Assembly (NCBI GenBank): GCA_001643675.2
Contig: LSRY02000047.1
Span: 372,001-436,000, forward strand
DNA from: Monocercomonoides exilis PA203
Taxonomy: Eukaryota > Protista > Preaxostyla
Direction: 5' to 3'
DNA length: 64,000 nt
The notes below the pieces were generated by a model. That model worked only from the letters and a program-made list of their open reading frames with translations. It made no database searches and was not told the origin of the DNA. Each line of letters opens with the position of its first letter. Within the stretch, counting starts at the first letter, position 1. Of this stretch, positions 14,334 through 25,200 are shown in pieces. The position numbers and the translations under genes were made by a program.

Positions 14334-14691
14334 CAGATATTGCACAAAATACCGGACAAGATAGATTTCACAATAACTGCAAGAGGTTTAATTCTGATAA
14401 TTTTCCTCAAAATACATCTCATTAATACAAACTCATCTGATGTGCAAATCTTTCAAAATTGCTTCATTTGTGCTCAGAAAAAATAATTTTGAAATATCCG
14501 GAAAAATTCAGAATTCAGCTTCTCCAATAATTTCAAAATTATTTTTTCTGAGCACAAATGAAGCAATTTTGAAAGATTTGCACATCAGATGAGTTTGTAT
14601 TAATGAGATGTATTTTGAGGAAAATTATCAGAATTAAACCTCTTGCAGTTATTGTGAAATCTATCTTGTCCGGTATTTTGTGCAATATCTG
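14334..14691. mobile_element. MITE family B (358 bp, hairpin-like, TA TSD; Tc1/mariner-pogo type)
   Basis: TA|CAGATATTGCACAAAATACCGG...CCGGTATTTTGTGCAATATCTG|TA with arms of about 160 bp. Homologous to 34550-34927 and 54314-54671. Confidence 0.9.
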
Positions 14692-14698
14692 TAGGTGG

Positions 14699-16654
14699 TG
14701 GAAAACCCGGTAGGTGGTGGAAAAGCCGGTAGTCATAAGTGATAATAGTCAGTTTTTTTCATCGTTAAAGTCCTCTCAATTCTTTTTAAATGTTTTTATT
14801 TTTGTTTTGTAAGATTTTCGTGAACACTAAATTTTGTGTTAATTAAAAAAAAAGGTGTGATTTTCATTAGAAAATTATTATTAATAATTGATCAAAACCA
14901 TAAAGATGTAAAAATTGGTTGACAAACACAACCACAGCTTGGAAGAACGGTTTGTGAAAAAATATTTCAGCAGGCATTGAAAACAATTAATATTTCTTTT
15001 AACTTGCAACAATAATTTTAGTGAATATATGCTGCATTCCTTTTTTCGAAGAGTGTACATTTTTTGTGATATGCTATCTAAAAGAAAGATTACAGTCTGC
15101 TTATTTTTTGCATTATGCTTATTTTATAAATTTTTGTTATGTGTTATTATTTAAATGCTTCAAAAACGAAGTTTGAACTGCATAGTTTGACTTACATATT
15201 TTTTAAGTTTATTTGTGTTTAATTTGTTCAATGATAAGTGACACTTTGTTTGTTTGTTATTTAAACAATCTAGTTGCTGTTGTTTAAAATTTTGATATGC
15301 ATCAATGCATATTCAGCGTTAATTTTGAAATGTTTTGTTTATAGAAATTTCTTCAATTCTTTTTATGCAAAATTATTTATCTCCTGTTTTTATTATTTTT
15401 CTTTAATCTACACTCAGTGTATTGTGTGCGTTATTTTTATTTCTTAAAATACTTTTTTGTTTTAATAATAATTTGTGATTTGTTTTATTTAATTAATGTT
15501 GATACAAATTGTTTTATTTGCAACAAAATGAAAGCATATTTGAAAAATTGAGATATGGGTAATCCTTTTTGAAAAGTCGCAAATGTTGAATTTTCAAATA
15601 AATTAAAAGTTTCATATTTTACTCAAATTTTTGTTTCTACTCACGAATCTTCTTTAGAATGTGTGAAATAGCATTATCAAGAAATAGATTCCATATTAGT
15701 GAAGTTTGGTGTTTGTTAACAAAAATTTGAGTAAAATATGAAACTTTTAATTTATTTGAAAATTCAACATTTGCGACTTTTCAAAAAGGATTACCCATAT
15801 CTCAATTTTTCAAATATGCTTTCATTTTGTTGCAAATAAAACAATTTGTATCAACATTAATTAAATAAAACAAATCACAAATTATTATTAAAACAAAAAA
15901 GTATTTTAAGAAATAAAAATAACGCACACAATACACTGAGTGTAGATTAAAGAAAAATAATAAAAACAGGAGATAAATAATTTTGCATAAAAAGAATTGA
16001 AGAAATTTCTATAAACAAAACATTTCAAAATTAACGCTGAATATGCATTGATGCATATCAAAATTTTAAACAACAGCAACTAGATTGTTTAAATAACAAA
16101 CAAACAAAGTGTCACTTATCATTGAACAAATTAAACACAAATAAACTTAAAAAATATGTAAGTCAAACTATGCAGTTCAAACTTCGTTTTTGAAGCATTT
16201 AAATAATAACACATAACAAAAATTTATAAAATAAGCATAATGCAAAAAATAAGCAGACTGTAATCTTTCTTTTAGATAGCATATCACAAAAAATGTACAC
16301 TCTTCGAAAAAAGGAATGCAGCATATATTCACTAAAATTATTGTTGCAAGTTAAAAGAAATATTAATTGTTTTCAATGCCTGCTGAAATATTTTTTCACA
16401 AACCGTTCTTCCAAGCTGTGGTTGTGTTTGTCAACCAATTTTTACATCTTTATGGTTTTGATCAATTATTAATAATAATTTTCTAATGAAAATCACACCT
16501 TTTTTTTTAATTAACACAAAATTTAGTGTTCACGAAAATCTTACAAAACAAAAATAAAAACATTTAAAAAGAATTGAGAGGACTTTAACGATGAAAAAAA
16601 CTGACTATTATCACTTATGACTACCGGCTTTTCCACCACCTACCGGGTTTTCCA
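14699..16654. repeat. Giant palindrome with 937-bp arms (14699-15635 and 15718-16654) and an 82-bp spacer
   Basis: The arms are reverse complements at every point checked (coordinate sum 31353). The ends carry a 19-bp tandem unit TAGGTGGTGGAAAA(C/G)CCGG. Confidence 0.93.
15557..15796. mobile_element. MITE family A (240 bp, 4-bp TSD) at the centre of the palindrome
   Basis: ATAT|GGGTAATCCTTTTTGAAAAG...CTTTTTCAAAAAGGATTACCC|ATAT. A close homologue lies at 36584-36824. Confidence 0.85.
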
Positions 16655-17338
16655 TCAATGGCACTCTGGATCCAATAGAATATTCTGCACTTCTTCTCAT
16701 TCATTGCTTCGATTTTTTGATAATTATTGAAAATTATTTTTCTTTTTATTTTTCAGCATTCAAATTCTTGAAACAGAGTCAAATCACATTTTATTGTTCC
16801 GATAATCTCTTTAAACTTTGATATTTCTTTTCAACAACAATTGGACATTTGCTTCACTCCTTCAGCATGTCATAATGAAATAACGACAATCAGATGATAT
16901 AATAGCTATTCAGATAAAATATTTGCATTCAAAATAAGTCAAAGATTGAGAATTAAAAAAGTATTATTGTTTTTTTCTCAAATATCCCCACCATAAAGAA
17001 AAGATTTTTTAAGTTCTGTACAAAAAAGGATTTTTAAAAATAATGCAGCAAATAGTGGAGTTCTCATGTTTTATATCTTCAACAGGGATCCCCATAATAA
17101 TATTTTTTCAATTTTTGTTAAGTGGAAAATAAGAATTTTAAGATATTTGAAGGTAATGGCTTTTAAAAACTGTAACACATAGAGAAAATTTGCTTTTAAA
17201 ACATTGACATAGAAAAAGGTTAACTCAAGCAAACGTCGAAGTATGAATTTATTTATTAATATATTTTTATTATTGTTCGCAAATAAATATTGATTTACTT
17301 GCAAAAAGTGCATAGTAAAGTTATCTCAATAAAATGCT

Positions 17339-18625
17339 TTGTTTAAGCGAAGTTCACTCATGGGCAGAGCTCGACCGCTTTCTGGCAATTTTTGCTCGTT
17401 CTCTCCATTTCCTGCGTCTGGAGAGCATCTGAGAGATCGAATGCCCTCTGGCCTTTGTGAGGAACAAGCGAAATCTTCGACAAACAGCTGGGGAAGAGCT
17501 CCGAATGAATGGAACGAAAAAAGGCGTCTTCAATCGATCCCATCATTTCCAGCAGCCACAACGCCTCATTCGCATCCTGCACAATTCCGTCTGCCAACAT
17601 CAATGCCAGCATCATCTTCATCTTCAGCTGATTGGGAATATCATCCAGCACATCCGATAGGCTCTGAGAACAGGCTGTCAAACAATGCTTGGGGTGAAAA
17701 GAGCATCTCGTCAAACGGGCGAAGACAGGCGAAAAGGAGCATCAGCACACTTGGGGTGAGGCAATCTGCACCGTTCTCTCTTTTTGACAGCAACAGAAGA
17801 TGGGAGGGGAAAAGAAATTTGAGCGAGATGCATTCTTCTTTTTTTTCTTCTTCTGATTCGAATTCGGGCATTGCAGATAAAGGGAGCTTGGGAGCTGCAA
17901 AGAAGCCTGAGCCATCGTTTTCAGGGGATGCAAGCACGTTTTTTTGGAGAGTTCGCAAAGAGAGCGGGAAGGAGCAGAGCGATTTAGAGAGCGATCTGCT
18001 GGGGAAGTTTGGGAAATGGAGAGAAGGAGCCTCTCTGTCGCCTTCTTCGTGCACTCCGCCTGGATCGCCATCAGCAGCACATCCACACACATTCAGTGCA
18101 GCAGGTGTTCTTTCGAAAGACATGGCAGATGACAGAGGCGAAGAGAGCAGCAGATTTTCTGGGGATGAGTTTGATGCTTCTGCTCATCCAACGCTTCCGC
18201 GAGCACAAGCAGAGTCAGGAAGCAAAGGGGATGCAAAGCGAGATTCTCGAGAGATAGCTGCAAAACAGGCATCACGAATGAAATTTGCTCAGAATTCTTC
18301 GGGTGGATTGAAAGATGAATCTGTGACAAATCGACAGGAAAAGGGTTTACAGGAAGATTGCACGCATTCTCCTTTGGGCAGCAGGTCAGGTGGTTTGTGG
18401 CAGAATGGAAGTGGGATGAAAGGAAATCAGACCAGCAAAACCAGCAAGATTCATCAGAATGAAGAGCAGCGCAACTCTTTTTGGAAGTCCAAGGCAGACT
18501 CGAAATTGGTTCTTGTTGATTATTTCCACGGCTTCCAACGAGCAAAAGTATTTCTGGCCAAAACAAAGAAGCAGCGAAGAAAAGCCAAAGACTTTGCAAA
18601 GTCGTTGAGAAGGGAAGTGCCATGA
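17339..18625 (+). CDS. Ser-rich, probably disordered hypothetical protein; 3' end possibly frameshifted
   Basis: 428-codon ORF with higher GC than its flanks. Coding-like sequence continues to about 18890 in shifting frames. No domain recognised. Confidence 0.5.
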   Translation: MFKRSSLMGRARPLSGNFCSFSPFPASGEHLRDRMPSGLCEEQAKSSTNSWGRAPNEWNEKRRLQSIPSFPAATTPHSHPAQFRLPTSMPASSSSSADWEYHPAHPIGSENRLSNNAWGEKSISSNGRRQAKRSISTLGVRQSAPFSLFDSNRRWEGKRNLSEMHSSFFSSSDSNSGIADKGSLGAAKKPEPSFSGDASTFFWRVRKESGKEQSDLESDLLGKFGKWREGASLSPSSCTPPGSPSAAHPHTFSAAGVLSKDMADDRGEESSRFSGDEFDASAHPTLPRAQAESGSKGDAKRDSREIAAKQASRMKFAQNSSGGLKDESVTNRQEKGLQEDCTHSPLGSRSGGLWQNGSGMKGNQTSKTSKIHQNEEQRNSFWKSKADSKLVLVDYFHGFQRAKVFLAKTKKQRRKAKDFAKSLRREVP

Positions 18626-19201
18626 AAGGGGGAAAAAAGGAATGCATAAGAAAAAAATGGAAGAAGCCAATGAATGACATCGCTGTTTGGCAAAGAATTC
18701 TCACGTATTTGGAGATTCAATCAGAAAAAGAAGCGATGAAAAATCAACCAAAGTATTTTATAAGATGATTGTGCAAAACCTCTGGAGATGGCATTTGAGA
18801 TTGGCGAAGAAGATTTGACAGAGCTTGTCTTTCAAAAGGCAGAGATATAAAAGAAATACCGGAATGCATTGTTATTCTTATCATTATTGGAATGAATAAT
18901 TGTTTGCTTCCTTTTTTTTTTCATGATTTATTCAACAGCTTTTAAAATCGCTTCATTTTATTCTGGAATTTTTGCTTTAAAGAACTTTGAAATTGAAAAA
19001 AAATGAAAAGTTGAAGAATTATGATGAGCTCACTTATTTTTTTGAAAGATTTCGCTTGGACGTGGAATGACATTTCCAAATCTTCATTTTTCGATTTTTA
19101 TCACATTGAAATTAGAAAATTTGCTATCAAGCTGAAGTGAAAGTATTATTTGCACTTCAGAATGCTGATCAGACCCGTTTCAGTTTTTCAGCTGAAGAAT
19201 C

Positions 19202-22200
19202 TTGATTTTGAAAGTTCACATGAGATGGCAATGCTTTGTGCTGTATCTGGTGCAATCTTATTGCATCGCACAGCATCACTTCCTTCAGTCGAATGAGCAG
19301 CTGAGCTCGCCTGGATTGTTGGAGCAAATCGATCACCACAATTCACTCTATTCAAGTGGAAACTTTTGCAATAATGAGCGCAACTCATTTTCATTGCGCG
19401 TTAAAAGTTCTGATTGGAGCGAGATGAAAGCAAGCGTTAAATTGAGGAATGCATCACTGGAAGTGAGAAAAGGAGGTTTCACTCCAAAAGAACAAGAACA
19501 TGTTGTGCATCTGGAAGGAAAGTCTTTGCTTGTGCTGAATGACTGCAAGATCACTTTTTGTGGACGCTCACAAAAAAGCCTGATTTGCCACCAAGGCGGG
19601 AACATCCATTTGCGCAACATATCGTTTTGCTTCGCTGATTGTTGGGCATTTTCAGTTCAACCAGTTGTTTGGTCGCAGAAGGATCATTCGTCGGCTGTGG
19701 GTGATGGGAATCTGATTGTTGAGAATTCTGCTTTTTCGTGTTTTGAACTGAAACAAGGGCCATTTTTGCACTCAGAAAGCATCTCTTCTGTTTTGCTCGC
19801 ACAAACACTCTTCTTCAACATCTCCACTGCAGTAACAAACAGGCAATCAAATATTTGCACAGAAAATGCATGCACATCTGCGCTGAGCAACTGTGTATTT
19901 TGCAATGTGGATGATGCGATCTATGGGGGAATTGTTGCTTCCATGAACAGCCAACAAGCACAGCTCTTCGCAACCAACTGCTCATTTGTGCGATGTTTCC
20001 ATTCTTCGAATGCCCGCAATACATCCACTCATGCTGACATTTCGAGTTCTATTTCTTTCATCTCAACAGATTTTGAAAGTTGCTCAGGGGTGAAAGGAGG
20101 AGCTATAACAGCGAACGACCATCCATCACTTGCTCTTTGTATTGTTGATTGCAAATTCAAGAATTGCACAGCATCAGGAAAAGCTGGGGCATTATTTGTC
20201 TTCAACATTATGTGCGTGCATATCAAAAAATCAAATTTCTCTGATAATTCAGCTTCTGATAGAGGTACAACTGAGTTTTTGAATATCTCAGCTGGATTCT
20301 ATATTGGAGATTGCCATTTTGAATTTGGGAAAACAACAAAGGAAAACCATGCTCTTATAGTAACAACATATATTGGGGCAACAAGCTGTGAATGTTTCTG
20401 CCCAAATGAGCCCTCCAGACATTGCGCAAGCTCTTCAAGCTCTTTTTCATCAGATATCACAGAATTTTCACCAAAGAAAGAACAAACTGAACGTATCATT
20501 CCTCAAAAAAGAAATGATGAAGAAGGTAGTCTGGTTGAAAGATGCTCTTTACAATATGGTTTTGCAGAAAATCTTGGTGGAGCTGTATCGATTCAAGAAA
20601 GCAAGAGTCCTTTTTCAATGAGAGAATGTGACTTTCAGCACAACAGAGCAAAAGGAAGCTTCATCGGATGTTTAGAATTAATTATAAAAAAAGATTCTTT
20701 TATTTCGAGAACATGGTTAGCTTTTTGCTATTTTTACAACAATTCTGTTTCTGGAGGGCTTGGAAATGATGTTTATTTAAATCACTTTTCAGAATACACT
20801 TTGACTTCGGAATTGCTTTTCAATTGTTTCACAACAGAGAAATCTTCAAAGAGTGTGAGTAATTCGACACATGATTTTTCTGATTGGATTGGTGAGACTC
20901 TGATTGAAAGATATGTGAGCACATCTGGTTCAGATAACAAGAGCATGTGCGGGAAAAGTGAATCTGATGCATGCCTGACAATTGGATATGCCACCAGTCA
21001 ATTTGTGCACTGGATGGACTGCAGCATTCATCTTCTGAGAGGAAGATATGAACAAGAGGGAACCACGATTGAGGTGGGAGAGAAGAGGATTGGAATCAGG
21101 GGCAAAGGGAAAGCAGACACAACAATCAGCTCGCAACTTCTTGAGAATGGAAAAGAAGCGCTGTGGCTGGTGAATGAGGGGCGACTGGCAATGGAAAGTC
21201 TGACTTTTGTGAGGGTGTGTGAAGAGGAGCGACATCAAATGCAGAGAATGATTGTGTTGGAAACAGCAACTGGAGATGGGAGGATAGATTTGAATGATAT
21301 GAGGATTGAAGGGGAAAAAGCAACAGAATCGCTGAGCTTCAGTGCTCCTCTTCTGGAGGCAAAAGGTGGAAAGATGAATCTGAACAACGTGGAATGCACA
21401 TCAATGCGCTCTTCAGTTCCTCTTTTGTCTCTTTCAGAGGGAGGGTTGCTGGAGATGAATCTGTGCAACATCTTTGGCATCGAGTCAGTCGGTGACTGTC
21501 CGAGTGTTGTTGATGGATTATCATCAAAGGGGATGATATCATGTTCTGAGTGTGTTTTTGAAGGATGTTTGGGAAGAATGAGTAAAAAAGGCGGATGCAT
21601 GAAATTCACTGTGGATGCTGACAATGAAGCGATTCTGCTGAATGGCACTTCGTTTGATGGATGTGAAGCATCTACGGAGGTTGATGATGAAACAAAAAGT
21701 GGCAGAGGGGGTGGGATGTATTTGGGCGCAACACTCGGATCAGGGATAAGAATGATGGAACTTCAGTTTTCTAGAAACAAGGCAACATGTGGGCGAGATA
21801 TCTATTTTGTGTGTGAGGATCTTCGGGTGAGTGTCACTCAGCTGATGTTTCCGTTTTGGAGCTCGATTGAGAACAAAGAGAATTCGCTGTTTGGGAGCGA
21901 TGACCAGGTGGCAAGGGGATGTGATGTTGATTTGTTTGTGTTTCTTGAAGGATTTTTGGAGAAAGAAGTGTATGTTGGGCAGAGCGGAGAAGATGCAACA
22001 TATTGTGGCCATGTGCTGTATCCATGCAAAACACTGGATGAGGGCATGAAGCATTTGGGCTCTGTTGAGGAAGATGGAAGAATTGTTGTGAAGGAAAATG
22101 GAGTGTGCAGAAAGCAGTTGAATATCTCTGGCGTGATTGTGAATGGGGTTGGGTCTTCGGAAGCAGTTGGAATTGAGTTGCACGAATCACTGAGTGGGAG

Positions 22201-25200
22201 CGAAAAGGATGTTCTGGTGAGTGAGGCAGACGCAACATGGGAAAGCGTGGATTTGCTATTTCCGAGCTTGTTCATATCTCCAGAAGGAGTGGAGTCGCTG
22301 CTGAATTCACGAAATGGAGTGCTAAAGATGTGCTCCTTTTCATTTTTGAGCTTGACATTTCAACAGAAGGTTGGGTTTTGCCTTCTCAAGGCAGATGGTG
22401 GCAGAGTTGAAATGATGGGTGTGAAAGTGATTGGGAAGCAGGGAGTTCTCTCATTTGCAAGTTCTCCGTTTGCCTGTTCGTCGAGTGTTGGGGAATGGAA
22501 GATGACGAAATGCCTTGTGGGAAACATGAAGGTTGAAGGAGGGAGCGTGCTGTGCATCGCTTATTCATCTCCGCAAAGTGAATGCAAGATATCGATGCAG
22601 AATTGCACGATCACTTCTGTTGAAAACACGAATGGTGATGTGTGTGTGCTGAACACAATGTTGAATGTCCAGACAACAATGATTGTTGAGCTGGATGCTG
22701 TGGTGTTTGAGGGATGCAAATCAGCAAAGTCAGAAAGGGGAGGAGCATTGGGAATGAGCATGGGGTGTGGCAGCAGTCTGAGTGTGGTGAATGATTCACA
22801 GTTTGGAGGATGTGAATGCAGTTCAGAGAGTGGGAAAGGAGGGGGAGTGTTTGTTGAATGCAAAAGCGATGGTGATGAGTATTTCTTTTCATCAGTTGTA
22901 TTTGGAGACACAAACAAAGCGAAACAGGGGAAGAATGTGTTTGTGATGAGCGACAAGCTGAATTCGAGTGTGAGCATGATGCACTTTGGAGATTGGATCT
23001 GCACTTGGAAGGAGGAACAAAATGTGTTTGTGGGAAGTGACGAGCATTTTGGTGAGGGTGCGAATTTGGGTCTGTTTTTATTTGAGTATTTTGCACCAGA
23101 GATATGGGTATCGTCAGAAAATGGATATGATGCGATTGGATGTGGAGATTACAGAGTGATGTGTGGGACAGTCGGGTTTGGGCTTGAACGGCTGTCAAGC
23201 GGTGAAAGTGAAGGAAGCCAGAAAACGCTCAGTTTGATGGATGAGAACTGGATGAAGGAAGAGATGGAGCTTGACGATCACCAGATTGAATCGGGATTGG
23301 AAAATGAGAAGACCGCTCTTGTTGTGAGCTGTGAGGTGAGTGGGAGCAGAGAAGATGCTGTGCTTGTGAGTGGAAAAGGGAGGTTGAGGATGCTGAGCAT
23401 ATCGCTTGGAAGTGCTCTTTCAGAGAGGAAAAGTGTGCTATTTGCAGTGAATCAGCAGAAAAGCGAACTGTGTGTTGAGAGATGTGATTTTGCAAAGCAG
23501 GATGGTGCATCAGGGATGAATTTTAATCTGATTCGGCAGAGCTCGGGCAAAGTTGAAATAATCGGATGTGTGATTGATGAGTTGACGATGGGAGCTTCAG
23601 CTTTTGTTGTTGGTGGTGGTTCGTCATGTTTTGGAATGAACAGGACAAAAGTGATGAGAGTGGAGTTTGAGGAAGGATGTGCATTGGAGATTGAAGATGG
23701 AGGCAAACAGAATGGAGCAGAGGAGCTTGGAGTTGGGATTGAAGGGTGCACTTTCACTTCTGTTCAGCAGACAGGAGTGGAAGAAAAGAGAAAGCCCAGC
23801 ATTGTTGACTCACATGTGTTGAGGAGCGGGTATTCTTTCGTCGTGCTGAACAGCTCGTTTGAAGGATGCAGCTCTGCAGAAGAGAGAGAAGGAGGAGTGC
23901 TGCATTGCGAGTATGAAAGAGGGATGAAGTTTGAGATCAAAGACTCGAATGGAACATCGTGCAGTGCAGTGAAAGGAAAAGGAGGGTTTTTGTTCTTGGA
24001 CTGTCGTGGGGAGGGAGAGCTTGGGTTTTTGCTGAACAACACGCTGTTCAGGAACAACATGGCTGTGAAGGGGAGAGATGTGTTTGTTGTTTGCTATTTG
24101 ATAAAGGAACAGATCAACGAGGGACAGTTTGTGTTCCGGATGGATGAAGGGGCGTTCAACAGGACAGATGCGCTGTATGGGAGAGACTCGACGCTGGGGG
24201 AGGAGGACGAGGATATCAACCTGATTGGGTATGTGCTGTTTTACCGATCGGATACTGTTTATGTGTCATCTGCAAAGTTTGATGAGACAAGGATGTGTGG
24301 GTCTGTGACTGCACCGTGCCGAACAGTGGATGTTGGGAATGAGCATGTTCAGGGGGATTATGACAGGAGGATACTGATTGAGGGATGTGTGCCGATTGAA
24401 GGGTGGATGCGAGCAGAGAATGTTGTGCTTCAGAGAAAAGGGAAAGGAGAAGGGATGGTTATTCTGATGATTGGAGCAGAAGACGAAGCAGAAAGTGTGA
24501 TCAGTTGCAATGGAGATGTGATGCTTCAAGGGTTGAGTGTTGTGTTTTCTGAGCAGTCGGTGATTGGCAAGCAGTCGAGTGTTCTGTTGTGCGAAGAAAA
24601 TGGAGAACTGTCGGTTGCCTCGTGTTCATTTGGGAGAATGAAAGTGGGTGAAGAGGGAAGTGACAACAGATTGAGCATTCCATTTTCGCTTGTGAAATGT
24701 GTTGGTGGAAGTGTTTTGATGAGTTCTGTGGTTATTGAAGGATTGACATTTGAGAAGTCTGTTCTTGTGTTTTCAGAGGGATCTGCTTTGAGAATGCAGG
24801 GCTTGAACTGCTTTGATGCTGTGCTTTGCGAGAGTTTTCTTGCATCGAGAGAATGCAAGATGGCCCTTGATGGTATCAATATTTCAGGGATCATTGCTGA
24901 AGCATCGATTTTTGAGATGCAAGGTGTGAATGGGGAGATGTCGATTGAAAAAATGGTGATGAAAAATGTTGAGCTGAGGAATGGAAGCATTGTTGATATT
25001 CAAGAAGCAAAACCCGAAAGAGAGCAAGAAGAGGAGAACAACGAGCCAGTTGCCATGATGAGTGTTTTTGAATATGCTAACATCACATCGAGTCACTCAG
25101 AATCGGCAGTCATTATGTGCAATGGATTCAGAGGAGCAATGAGATTTGCAAACTGCACTGTGAAGGAGAACAGAATGAAGAAAGAGAAAGGCGATGAGCT

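Noticed and set aside
14692-14732. CRISPR-like or telomeric repeat (TAGGTGGTGGAAAASCCGG x2)
   Set aside because: Only two adjacent units with no spacers, in a eukaryotic context, and not a telomere motif.
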